Below are positions 42,582-52,112 of a stretch of DNA of 64,000 bases, one piece after another (position 1 is the first letter of the stretch; each line of letters starts with the position of its first letter). The stretch lies in the IMG/VR virus record IMGVR_UViG_3300017764_000001; one strand, given 5' to 3'. A program made the position numbers and the translations under genes. Under the pieces are notes generated by a model. It saw only the letters and a list, made by a program, of their open reading frames with translations, ran no database searches and had not been told where the DNA came from. Origin of the DNA: a virus. Lineage: Duplodnaviria > Caudoviricetes.

Positions 42582-44527
42582 TGGCACTTAATCCCTTTTT
42601 CCTACAAGGTTCACAGAGTGAACAAAGACTCATTCAAGAGTTAATTAATGAGCAACTTACAATTTATGGTGTCGAAGTAATTTACTTGCCTCGTAAGATA
42701 GTAAATCAAGATACAGTTTTAAATGAGATACAATCATCGAAATTTGATGATAATTTTGCTATCGAGGCATATGTAAACACCTATGAGGGATATGGTGGAG
42801 CCGGAGATATCATGACAAAATTTGGAATGAGTTTAAAAGATGAACTTACCGTAACCATTTCAAAAGAAAGATATGAAGATTTTATTGCTCCATTTTTGGG
42901 AGAATTAGATGTAAGTAATGATGATGAAATTAATGTTATTGGTAGACCGAGAGAAGGTGATTTAATATATTTCCCATTAGGTAGAAGATTATTTGAGGTA
43001 AAATTTGTTGAGCACGAACAACCTTTTTATCAGTTAGGAAAAAATTATGTTTATCAATTGAAGTGTGAACTCTTTGAATACTCTGATGAACTTGGTGGAT
43101 GGGATCAACTCAGCACCACTACAGAAGAAATTGATAGCGTTCTTGAAGATCAGGGATACATTACTTCCATATTAATGATTGGAGCAGGAACAACTGCACA
43201 GACTATCGGACACACAGCAACTGGATATGTAAGACAGATATTTTTAAATGATGATGGATATGGATATACATCTACTCCAACTGTTTCTATTTCAACTTCT
43301 CCGAATGGAAATCCTTTAGCTAATGCAGAAGCAATTGCCATTACGACCACATCAGGGAATATTCAGTCAGTAAAAGAAATTGTATTAACAAATGCAGGAT
43401 TTGGATATACTGAAGCACCTACAATATCAATTGTAGGAGGTGGTGGAACTGACGCAATGGCAACATGTTCTGTAGAAACCACAGAATTTGGTATAGTCAG
43501 ATTTACTATTTCTGAACCAGGATCAGGATATCCAATATCACCAGTTGTTGCAATAGGAACTCCTACAAGTGCTGGAGCAGCTGCAACATCTACAGTCGGT
43601 TCTGGTGGAACTATTACTGGATTTACCATATCTACTGGTGGAAAGTTTTACGGAACTTCTCCAAATGTTACAATCGCAGATCCATCAACAAGAGTAGGTG
43701 TTGCTAGTATAATACAAGTATCTAATTCTGCAGGTAATTCAGTTAGTCTCCCTTATGGATCTGGATACTCCGATGGAACTTTTGAAACTTCAGGTGGATC
43801 TGGAAATGCATTAAAAGTTGACGTACAGGTCAATACTGGCACAGATCAGATAGGAAACACTCCATCAATTGTTTATGGTGGACATGGATATTCTGTAAAT
43901 GATGTCGTCCAAATTGTTGGTGGTAATAATGATGCTTACTTAAAGATAACTGCAGTCACGACAGGAACTGGTTCTACGGCAACCGCAAATTCTATTATAA
44001 CAAATGGTGTAGTTACTGGATTTACAATTACAAATCCTGGTAGTGGATACACGACACCACCAACAGTAAGTATTGCAAATACTTTTGGAGATAAACTTTA
44101 TTCATCCTCAGGATTAACAACGGCCGTTGTAAGAGCAAATGTTTCTGCTGCAAATACAGTAACTTCAATTCATATTGTAAATCCAGGACTTGGTTATGAT
44201 CCATCACAACCAGTGACAATAGCAGATCCTCCTACTACAGGAATTGGAACATTTACCTTTAATGAACTTGTTACGGGTTCTATTTCTGGTGCAAAAGCTA
44301 GAGTTAAAACATGGGATAAAACCAATAAAGTTCTTAAAGTTGGAACAACTAATGGGACATTTGTTCCTGGAGATGTTATTGTCGGATCTGCATCATCTGC
44401 AAAATATTCTGTCGATCTTATTCAATCTGCAGAATTTTCTGATAAATACGATAAAGGTGATGAAATAGAAACATCAGCAGATACCTTTTTGGACTTTACA
44501 GAAACTAATCCGTTTGGTACATATTAA
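42581..44527 (+). CDS. gp14: neck protein gp14 with a long inserted repeat region
   Basis: MALNPFF, EQLTIYGVEVIYLPR, IEAYVNTYEGY, RPREGDLIYFPL, YQLKCELFEYS. C-terminal FTETNPFG. Confidence 0.92.
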   Translation: MALNPFFLQGSQSEQRLIQELINEQLTIYGVEVIYLPRKIVNQDTVLNEIQSSKFDDNFAIEAYVNTYEGYGGAGDIMTKFGMSLKDELTVTISKERYEDFIAPFLGELDVSNDDEINVIGRPREGDLIYFPLGRRLFEVKFVEHEQPFYQLGKNYVYQLKCELFEYSDELGGWDQLSTTTEEIDSVLEDQGYITSILMIGAGTTAQTIGHTATGYVRQIFLNDDGYGYTSTPTVSISTSPNGNPLANAEAIAITTTSGNIQSVKEIVLTNAGFGYTEAPTISIVGGGGTDAMATCSVETTEFGIVRFTISEPGSGYPISPVVAIGTPTSAGAAATSTVGSGGTITGFTISTGGKFYGTSPNVTIADPSTRVGVASIIQVSNSAGNSVSLPYGSGYSDGTFETSGGSGNALKVDVQVNTGTDQIGNTPSIVYGGHGYSVNDVVQIVGGNNDAYLKITAVTTGTGSTATANSIITNGVVTGFTITNPGSGYTTPPTVSIANTFGDKLYSSSGLTTAVVRANVSAANTVTSIHIVNPGLGYDPSQPVTIADPPTTGIGTFTFNELVTGSISGAKARVKTWDKTNKVLKVGTTNGTFVPGDVIVGSASSAKYSVDLIQSAEFSDKYDKGDEIETSADTFLDFTETNPFGTY

Positions 44528-45375
44528 TGTTAGGGACTTATTACTATCATGAAATAATGAGAAAAACAATTGTTGCCTTTGGCACGTTGTTTAATCAAAT
44601 TTATATTCGTCATGATGATAGATCAGGAAATACTTACAGTGATTTAAAAGTTCCTTTGGCATATGGACCATCTCAAAAATTCCTTGCCAGGTTGGAGCAA
44701 CAGGAAGATTTGAACAAACCAGTTCAGATCACTTTGCCAAGAATGTCGTTTGAGATGAATAATATTCAATATGATTCTACAAGAAAGGTTGGAATAACTC
44801 AAACATTCAAAGCTGTTGATAAAAGTAATGCGAATGTTAAAAAAGTTTTTATGCCTGTTCCATACAATGTTGGATTTGAACTTAATATTCTCACAAAATT
44901 AAATGATGACGCCCTTCAAATAGTAGAACAAATACTTCCATATTTTCAACCATCATTTAACGTTACGATTGATTTAATTAGTTCTATTGGAGAAAAAAGA
45001 GATGTTCCTATTGTTTTGGATAGTATATCTTTCCAAGATGACTATGAGGGAGACTTTTCAACAAGGAGAGCATTAATTTATACTCTTAGATTTACCGCAA
45101 AAACTTATCTGTTCGGTCCTGTTGCCGATAGTTCTGATGGTCTCATTAAAAAAGTTCAGGTGGATTACTATACAGATACTAATACACAAACTGCCAAACG
45201 TGAAATGAGGTATACTGCGACACCTAAGGCATTAACAGATCAAAATAATGATGGTGTCGTTGATACAGCAGACGATGCCCTACTTGGACCAGATGATGAT
45301 TTTGGATTTAATGAAACAACTACTTTCTTCTCAGATTCTAAGACTTATAGTCCAACACAACAAAAAGATATTTGA
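44527..45375 (+). CDS. gp15: tail terminator/sheath stabiliser gp15
   Basis: YYYHEIMRKTIVAFGTLFN, VPLAYGPSQKFLARL, LPRMSFEM. Confidence 0.95.
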   Translation: MLGTYYYHEIMRKTIVAFGTLFNQIYIRHDDRSGNTYSDLKVPLAYGPSQKFLARLEQQEDLNKPVQITLPRMSFEMNNIQYDSTRKVGITQTFKAVDKSNANVKKVFMPVPYNVGFELNILTKLNDDALQIVEQILPYFQPSFNVTIDLISSIGEKRDVPIVLDSISFQDDYEGDFSTRRALIYTLRFTAKTYLFGPVADSSDGLIKKVQVDYYTDTNTQTAKREMRYTATPKALTDQNNDGVVDTADDALLGPDDDFGFNETTTFFSDSKTYSPTQQKDI

Positions 45376-45381
45376 TAAATC

Positions 45382-45768
45382 ATGACTGATAATGATATTA
45401 ATGACATTGTACCAGTTTCTGGAGAAATTGTCCCAGAAAATAAAGATATTCAAAAAGATTATGAATATACAAGAGCAAATTTGTATTCTTTAATTGAAAA
45501 GGGTCAAGAAGCTATTAATGGTATCATGGAACTTGCCGGGGAAGGAGGAAGTCCAAGAGCATATGAAGTTGCCGGTCAACTTATCAAAAGTGTTGCAGAT
45601 ACAACAGATAAACTGGCAGATCTTCAGAAAAAAATAAAAGATCTTGAAGAGGACAGTAAAAAGACCACAAGTAATGTTACCAATAATGCCGTGTTTGTTG
45701 GTTCTACATCTGAACTTCAGAAAATGTTAAAACAAGGTTTTCTAAATAATAATATGGATCCAAAATAA
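45382..45768 (+). CDS. gp16: terminase small subunit gp16
   Basis: DYEYTRANLYSLIEKG, PRAYEVAGQLIK, NNAVFVGSTSELQKML. Confidence 0.93.
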   Translation: MTDNDINDIVPVSGEIVPENKDIQKDYEYTRANLYSLIEKGQEAINGIMELAGEGGSPRAYEVAGQLIKSVADTTDKLADLQKKIKDLEEDSKKTTSNVTNNAVFVGSTSELQKMLKQGFLNNNMDPK

Positions 45769-45771
45769 AAG

Positions 45772-47004
45772 ATGTCGAAGTGTAAGACAGGTTACTATTA
45801 CTGTTATACAGACAAAAAATGTAAACCAATCTCTAAGGGTTTAAAAGTAACTGCCAGATTTTCTGGTGGTGGAAAAGAACCCGAAGAAGTTGGTATTGAT
45901 AAACCGCTAAATGGAAATGGAAATCACTCAAATGGCAATGGAAATGGGAGCGGGATCTCTAATGGTGGCTCTAATGGAGGCGTCAGTGAAGGATCGCTTC
46001 ATAAATGGTTTAAAGGATCCAAATCAAAGGATGGTAAAGGTGGTTGGGTTAATGTCGTCACAGGTGGGACTTGCGCCAGTGATAAACCAGGAGAAGGAAC
46101 ACCAAAGTGTGTTTCTTCGGCAAAACGAGCAAGCATGAGTAAGGCAGAAAGACTTTCTGCTCAGAGAAGAAAGAAAAAAGCAGATCCAGGACAACAACAA
46201 AAATCTGGTGCCGCAAAACCAACATATGTCTCTACAGATTCTAAAAAGAAAATGAAAAAAGAAGAAGTTGAAGTAACAGAAGCAAAGGACAAGAAGGGTA
46301 AAGGTAGTGGTACAAAAGATGCCTGCTATCATAAGGTAAAGTCTAGATATAGTGTTTGGCCCTCTGCATATGCCTCAGGTGCCCTTGTAAAGTGCCGTAA
46401 GGTTGGTGCTGCTAATTGGGGCAATAAGTCTGAGTCTGTGGACTACTCTAACTGGAGAGACGATTTTAAGGCAATAAATTACGAGTTCATTGATCTTATT
46501 AAACCAGAACCTTTAACGGGTGAAAAAATTAATGAAGGGCAGAAATGTTGGAAAGGTTATGAGAAGAAAGGAACCAAAAAAATGTTTGGTAAAACCTACA
46601 ATAACTGTGTAAAGAAAGAAGAAACTGAAATTAAAGAAAAGAAAGATCCTTGCTGGGATACTCATAAACAAGTGGGTATGAAGAAAAAGAATGGTAGAAT
46701 GGTTCCTAACTGTGTTCCTAAAGAAGAATTTTCTGATTGGAGATCTGAAATTGAAGAGGGGGCTGCCTGGACAAAAAAGTCCGGTAAGAACCCTTCAGGT
46801 GGATTAAATGAGAAGGGTCGTAAGTCTTATGAAAGAGAAAATCCTGGTTCAGATTTAAAGGCACCATCTAAGAAAGTTGGTAATAAAAGAAGATCATCAT
46901 TCTGTGCTAGAATGAAAGGAATGAAGAAGAAACTTACTTCTTCCAAAACTGCAAATGATCCAGATAGCAGAATCAATAAGTCATTGAGGGCTTGGAACTG
47001 CTGA
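45772..47004 (+). CDS. modular Lys/Cys-rich late protein (candidate prohead-protease-processed polyprotein)
   Basis: 410 aa. Six basic Cys-containing modules separated by acidic linkers ending in [VI]-x-E. CTAAATA late promoter at 45742. Confidence 0.8.
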   Translation: MSKCKTGYYYCYTDKKCKPISKGLKVTARFSGGGKEPEEVGIDKPLNGNGNHSNGNGNGSGISNGGSNGGVSEGSLHKWFKGSKSKDGKGGWVNVVTGGTCASDKPGEGTPKCVSSAKRASMSKAERLSAQRRKKKADPGQQQKSGAAKPTYVSTDSKKKMKKEEVEVTEAKDKKGKGSGTKDACYHKVKSRYSVWPSAYASGALVKCRKVGAANWGNKSESVDYSNWRDDFKAINYEFIDLIKPEPLTGEKINEGQKCWKGYEKKGTKKMFGKTYNNCVKKEETEIKEKKDPCWDTHKQVGMKKKNGRMVPNCVPKEEFSDWRSEIEEGAAWTKKSGKNPSGGLNEKGRKSYERENPGSDLKAPSKKVGNKRRSSFCARMKGMKKKLTSSKTANDPDSRINKSLRAWNC

Positions 47005-47013
47005 GGTTAATGT

Positions 47014-48657
47014 ATGAGTGAAGTATATCTTGGTAATCCTAATCTAAAAAAAGCAAATACATCAATTGAATTTACAGAAGAGAATGTTATTGAATTTCTC
47101 AAATGTAAAGAAGATCCAGTATATTTTGCCAATAATTATATTAAAATCGTCTCTTTGGATGAAGGACTGACTCAGTTTCATCCATATGATTTTCAAGAAA
47201 AGTTAATTAATAATTTTCATAATAACAGATTTAATATCTGTAAGATGCCACGGCAAACTGGTAAATCCACTACAGTCGTATCTTATCTTTTGCATTATGC
47301 TGTATTCAATGACAGTGTAAACATTGGCATCCTTGCAAACAAAGCGGCAACTGCAAGAGAATTACTACAAAGGCTACAAACTGCCTATGAGAACTTGCCT
47401 AAGTGGATGCAACAGGGTATTCTGTCATGGAACAAAGGTTCAATGGAGTTAGAAAATGGCAGTAAGATATTGGCAGCTTCTACGTCTGCAAGTGCTGTCC
47501 GAGGTATGTCGTTCAACATCCTCTTTCTCGACGAGTTCGCATTCGTCCCGAATCACGTTGCTGACTCGTTCTTTGCATCTGTTTATCCTACTATTACTTC
47601 TGGTAAAAACACCAAAGTAATTATTGTATCTACACCACACGGCATGAATCACTTCTACCGTATGTGGCACGATGCGGAAAGAAGTAAAAATGAATATATT
47701 CCTACGGACGTTCACTGGTCAGAAGTTCCTGGTAGGGATGAAAAATGGAAGGCAACGACAATTGCAAATACCTCCGAACAACAGTTTAAAGTTGAGTTTG
47801 AGTGTGAATTTTTAGGATCCGTTAATACTCTTATTAATCCAGCAAAATTAAAAAACCTTGTATACGAGAATCCCATAAAAAGAAATGCAGGCTTAGATAT
47901 CTATGAAGATCCTCAGGAGGATCGTAATTATTTGATGACGGTTGACGTGGCAAGAGGAATAGGAAATGATTATTCTGCATTTATCGTATTTGATATAACT
48001 GAGTTTCCATATAAGGTTGTAGCAAAATATAGGAATAATGAAATTAAACCAATGCTATTTCCAAGTATCATAAACGATGTAGGAAGAGGTTATAATGGTG
48101 CATGGTTATTAACAGAGGTTAATGATATTGGTGATCAAGTTGCTTCGATTCTTCATTATGATTTAGAATATGATAATATTCTCATGGCATCGATGAGAGG
48201 GCGTGCCGGTCAAGTTGTAGGGACGGGATTTAGTGGTAAAAAATCACAACTTGGTGTCAGAATGACTGCGGCAGTCAAGAAACTTGGATGCTCTAATTTA
48301 AAAACAATGATGGAGGATGATAAGTTACTGACTACAGATTATGAAATTATATCAGAACTTACAACTTTTGCACAAAAGGGAAATTCATTTGAAGCAGAAG
48401 AAGGATGTAATGATGACTTGGCAATGTGCCTTGTCATATTCTCTTGGTTGGTGGCACAGGACTATTTTAAGGAGATGACAGAAAATGATGTTCGTAAAAG
48501 GATATATGAAGAGCAAAGAAACCAAATAGAACAGGACATGGCACCTTTTGGTTTTATAGAAACAGGTTTTGAAAATAATAATTTTGTAGATTCTGATGGA
48601 GATAGATGGTATACTGATGAATATGGTGATAGATCTTATATGTGGGATTATATGTAA
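47014..48657 (+). CDS. gp17: terminase large subunit gp17
   Basis: YLGNPNLKK, MPRQTGKST (Walker A), LFLDEFAFV (Walker B), VDVARG and NDDLAM nuclease motifs. Confidence 0.97.
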   Translation: MSEVYLGNPNLKKANTSIEFTEENVIEFLKCKEDPVYFANNYIKIVSLDEGLTQFHPYDFQEKLINNFHNNRFNICKMPRQTGKSTTVVSYLLHYAVFNDSVNIGILANKAATARELLQRLQTAYENLPKWMQQGILSWNKGSMELENGSKILAASTSASAVRGMSFNILFLDEFAFVPNHVADSFFASVYPTITSGKNTKVIIVSTPHGMNHFYRMWHDAERSKNEYIPTDVHWSEVPGRDEKWKATTIANTSEQQFKVEFECEFLGSVNTLINPAKLKNLVYENPIKRNAGLDIYEDPQEDRNYLMTVDVARGIGNDYSAFIVFDITEFPYKVVAKYRNNEIKPMLFPSIINDVGRGYNGAWLLTEVNDIGDQVASILHYDLEYDNILMASMRGRAGQVVGTGFSGKKSQLGVRMTAAVKKLGCSNLKTMMEDDKLLTTDYEIISELTTFAQKGNSFEAEEGCNDDLAMCLVIFSWLVAQDYFKEMTENDVRKRIYEEQRNQIEQDMAPFGFIETGFENNNFVDSDGDRWYTDEYGDRSYMWDYM

Positions 48658-48923
48658 TGATTAAATTTTTAAAATTTTTATTAAAACCTTTAATTTGGTT
48701 AAAAAATATACTTGACCCGAATTGGTGGACAGAAGTAATAGGCAATAAATCTGGAGCATACGCTTGGGCAAGTAAACCAAATAAATTTAAAAAATGGAAA
48801 TTAAAACAACCTTTATGGAAACAAGCATTTATTGAAATTTTGATGTTTACTCTTCTAGCACTAGCATTTGAACCACTATTAAATATGTTGGGTTATTCGA
48901 TGCTTCCGTGGAGATGGTTCTAG
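48657..48923 (+). CDS. small Trp/Lys-rich membrane protein (88 aa)
   Basis: TAATG coupling to gp17. C-terminal hydrophobic segment AFIEILMFTLLALAFEPLL. Confidence 0.7.
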   Translation: MIKFLKFLLKPLIWLKNILDPNWWTEVIGNKSGAYAWASKPNKFKKWKLKQPLWKQAFIEILMFTLLALAFEPLLNMLGYSMLPWRWF

Positions 48924-49144
48924 TGGATTTTGATAGTCAGATAAATTTAGAACATCTGCTTTTTTATGATAGAGAATGTAGAACTTGCCACAAGACAAAA
49001 AATTTATTGGAGGACTTTTACCTCATAAGAAAAAATAGAGGAGCACTACCATCCTCATATTCATATGAATGTAAAGAGTGTACTATTGATAGAGTAAAGA
49101 GTAATAAAAAGTGTAGTAATGTTTGGGAATATCCTGATTGGTAG
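48923..49144 (+). CDS. small zinc-finger protein (CxxC...CxxC)
   Basis: ECRTC...YECKEC. Likely GTG start overlapping the upstream TAG (ATG at 48908 is an alternative). Confidence 0.72.
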   Translation: MDFDSQINLEHLLFYDRECRTCHKTKNLLEDFYLIRKNRGALPSSYSYECKECTIDRVKSNKKCSNVWEYPDW

Positions 49145-49223
49145 TTCATGCACTGTTTCCCCACTGAAAATACCCCTTTTCCTAAATATTTTTAGGTAAA
49201 TTTGGATTGCGAGGAAAAGCAAG

Positions 49224-51455
49224 ATGCCATTAAATTTAGCATCTCCTGGAATTCTGATAAGAGAAGTTGACCTCACTCAAGGTAGAGTTGATCCAACTTC
49301 CGATAAGATCGGCGGTATTGTCGGTCCTTTTGCTAAAGGTCCAGTAGGTACAGTAACTAGAATTAATACAGAGAATGATTTGGTTGATACGTTTGGACAA
49401 CCATATGACACAGATAAGCAGTATGAGACCTGGATGGTAGCATCCTCATACTTGGCTTATGGTGGCATTATGAATGTTGTCAGAGCAGATGACACCAATC
49501 TTAAAAATGCAAATGATGCTGGTGCCACACTTAAAATTAAGAGTGTTGAGCATTATGAGGAATTAAATTATCCAACGACACCTAAGAGTGGTGCCACAGT
49601 AATTGCCAAAAACCCCGGTTCTTGGGCAAACGACATTAGAGTTGCCATTATTGATGCTCAGGCAGATCAGAGATTAGGAATTGACACTACTGCCATCAAT
49701 GGTGGAACAGATATTCTTGTCGGAATGGGAATTACTCAGACAGTTCCACCCGGAACAGTAGTTTCTAATACTGGTACTGGTGCAGGAACAACTTCATTAC
49801 TTGATGGACATCTTAAAGGAATTATTACAAAGGTTAATACCGGAACTGTAGATGTAAAAGTTGTTTCTCATGTATCTGCTGCAGGAACTCATACTGCTGT
49901 TGATTATAACAACGTTTATAAATTTGTAATTGGATCGGGATCAACTGCGGTTGCTATTCACACTGCCGGAAATTCAGTTGCCTATGGAACAACCGAAGTA
50001 TCATCTGCTATTGATTGGTTCGGAGAGCAAACACTCGCAGTAAGTTCTGAAACTGTCGGTGGAACTGAAACTGTATCCACAGTTAAATGGAACGAATTGG
50101 CAGATGCTCCAGGAACTTCCGCATATGCAGCTGCAAGAGGAGCAAGAAACGATGAAATTCATGTTGTTGTAATTGATGGTAAGGGGGAAATTACCGGAAA
50201 TGCCGGAACAATTCTTGAGAAACATCTCAGTCTTTCTAAGGCATCTGATGCAGAATTCTCCGTTGGTTCTCCATCTTATTGGAACAAGTATTTGGAAGTT
50301 AATTCTGAATATGTATTTGCAGGAAGTGGATCTAATCAAACTCTGGTAAAAACTGGTTTTGATGGTGTAGGATTTACTACATTTACGGATGGTGGATGGA
50401 ATCAAAAGGCAGAAGATGCCGATGGTCCAAACATTTTTAATGCTGCTGGTCCTCTTGATCTTACTTTGAGTGGTGGTAAGAATTATGATGGTCAAACAGA
50501 TAAATCTGCTGCTGGAGCACTTGACTCTGATCTTGGTGATTTAATCACCGGTTATTCACTCTTTGAAAATGAATCAGAAGTAGATGTTGATTTCCTTCTG
50601 ATGGGTTCTGGAAAATATGGAAAAGATAAGACCAGAGCACTTGCAACGAAATTGATTACCATTGCAGAAGCAAGGAAAGATGCCGTTGCATTTATTTCAC
50701 CACATAGATCTGCAATTTTAACTGATACATCAGATGATACAGCAGTAACTGTAAATTCTGTAGAAACTGCAACCACAAATGTAATTGATTTCTTTGATCC
50801 AATCACATCTTCGTCTTATGCCGTATTTGATAGTGGTTATAAGTACATGTATGATAGATTTAATGATGTGTTTAGATACATTCCTTTGAATGGAGATATT
50901 GCCGGTACTTGTGCTAGAAATGACATCAATAATTTCCCATGGTTCTCACCTGCCGGAACTTCTAGAGGAACTATTCTCAATGCTGTAAAACTGGCATATA
51001 ACCCAGGAAAAACACAAAGAGATAGACTTTATTCTAATGAAATAAATCCAGTCATCTTTTCACCAGGATCTGGAATCATTCTATTTGGTGATAAGACAGG
51101 ACTTTCTAAGGCATCTGCATTTGATCGCATCAATGTTCGTCGTCTCTTTATCTTCCTTGAAGATGCCATTGCTGCTGCAGCAAGAGATCAACTCTTTGAA
51201 TTCAATGATGAAATTACAAGAGCAAACTTTGTAAATATTGTCGAACCTTTCCTTCGTGATGTTCAAGCAAAGAGAGGTATTCAAGATTTCATTGTTATTT
51301 GTGATGAAACAAATAACACTGCGGCAATTATTGACAGTAACGAATTTGTTGCTGATATATACATCAAGCCAGCAAGATCGATTAACTTCATCGGTCTGAA
51401 TTTTATTGCTACCAGAACTGGTGTGGCATTTGAAGAAGTCATCGGTTCCGTTTAA
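49224..51455 (+). CDS. gp18: tail sheath protein gp18
   Basis: LASPGILIREVDLT, GPFAKGP, PWFSPAG, RINVRRLF, KPARSINFI. Confidence 0.97.
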   Translation: MPLNLASPGILIREVDLTQGRVDPTSDKIGGIVGPFAKGPVGTVTRINTENDLVDTFGQPYDTDKQYETWMVASSYLAYGGIMNVVRADDTNLKNANDAGATLKIKSVEHYEELNYPTTPKSGATVIAKNPGSWANDIRVAIIDAQADQRLGIDTTAINGGTDILVGMGITQTVPPGTVVSNTGTGAGTTSLLDGHLKGIITKVNTGTVDVKVVSHVSAAGTHTAVDYNNVYKFVIGSGSTAVAIHTAGNSVAYGTTEVSSAIDWFGEQTLAVSSETVGGTETVSTVKWNELADAPGTSAYAAARGARNDEIHVVVIDGKGEITGNAGTILEKHLSLSKASDAEFSVGSPSYWNKYLEVNSEYVFAGSGSNQTLVKTGFDGVGFTTFTDGGWNQKAEDADGPNIFNAAGPLDLTLSGGKNYDGQTDKSAAGALDSDLGDLITGYSLFENESEVDVDFLLMGSGKYGKDKTRALATKLITIAEARKDAVAFISPHRSAILTDTSDDTAVTVNSVETATTNVIDFFDPITSSSYAVFDSGYKYMYDRFNDVFRYIPLNGDIAGTCARNDINNFPWFSPAGTSRGTILNAVKLAYNPGKTQRDRLYSNEINPVIFSPGSGIILFGDKTGLSKASAFDRINVRRLFIFLEDAIAAAARDQLFEFNDEITRANFVNIVEPFLRDVQAKRGIQDFIVICDETNNTAAIIDSNEFVADIYIKPARSINFIGLNFIATRTGVAFEEVIGSV

Positions 51456-51472
51456 TTTAGAGGTTTCCAACA

Positions 51473-52072
51473 ATGGCAGAACGTTTACAACAAGAAACAA
51501 TTCCTTTAAGGAAGATTAGTGATTTTAAATCTAAACTGACTGGTGGTGGTGCTAGACCCAATCTATTTGAAGTGGTCTTAGCATTTCCTACATTAGTTTC
51601 ACCAGTTAATGAAAATGAAGTTTTACAAAAATCAAGATTTTTGGTCAAGGCAGCAGCTCTGCCTGCATCAACTATCGCACCTGTAGAAATTCCATTTAGA
51701 GGTCGTATTTTGAAGGTTGCTGGAGACAGAACCTTTGAAACTTGGACAATCACAGTCATCAATGATACTGATTTCATGATCAGATCTGCGATGGAAAAAT
51801 GGATGAATACCATCAATAAGTTAGAAGATGCTTCAGGAGTCACAAATCCTGTTGATTATCAATCTGATGCAGTAGTTCATCAACTTGATCGTGATGGGTC
51901 TACTCTCAGGTCTTATAAGTTTAAGTCCATCTTTCCAACTAATATTTCAACAATTGATCTTAGTTACGAAACTACTGATACAATTGAAGAATTTACTGTA
52001 GAAATGCAGGTTCATTATTGGGAAGCATTTAAAGGATCATCTGCTTCAGCTAATGGAGAGGACGTTTCTTAA
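51473..52072 (+). CDS. gp19: tail tube protein gp19
   Basis: GGGARPNLFEV, PFRGRILKVAGDRTFETWTITVIND. Confidence 0.97.
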   Translation: MAERLQQETIPLRKISDFKSKLTGGGARPNLFEVVLAFPTLVSPVNENEVLQKSRFLVKAAALPASTIAPVEIPFRGRILKVAGDRTFETWTITVINDTDFMIRSAMEKWMNTINKLEDASGVTNPVDYQSDAVVHQLDRDGSTLRSYKFKSIFPTNISTIDLSYETTDTIEEFTVEMQVHYWEAFKGSSASANGEDVS

Positions 52073-52112
52073 GGATAAATAGTAAGACAACAGACTAAAA
52101 TAAAATTATAAT

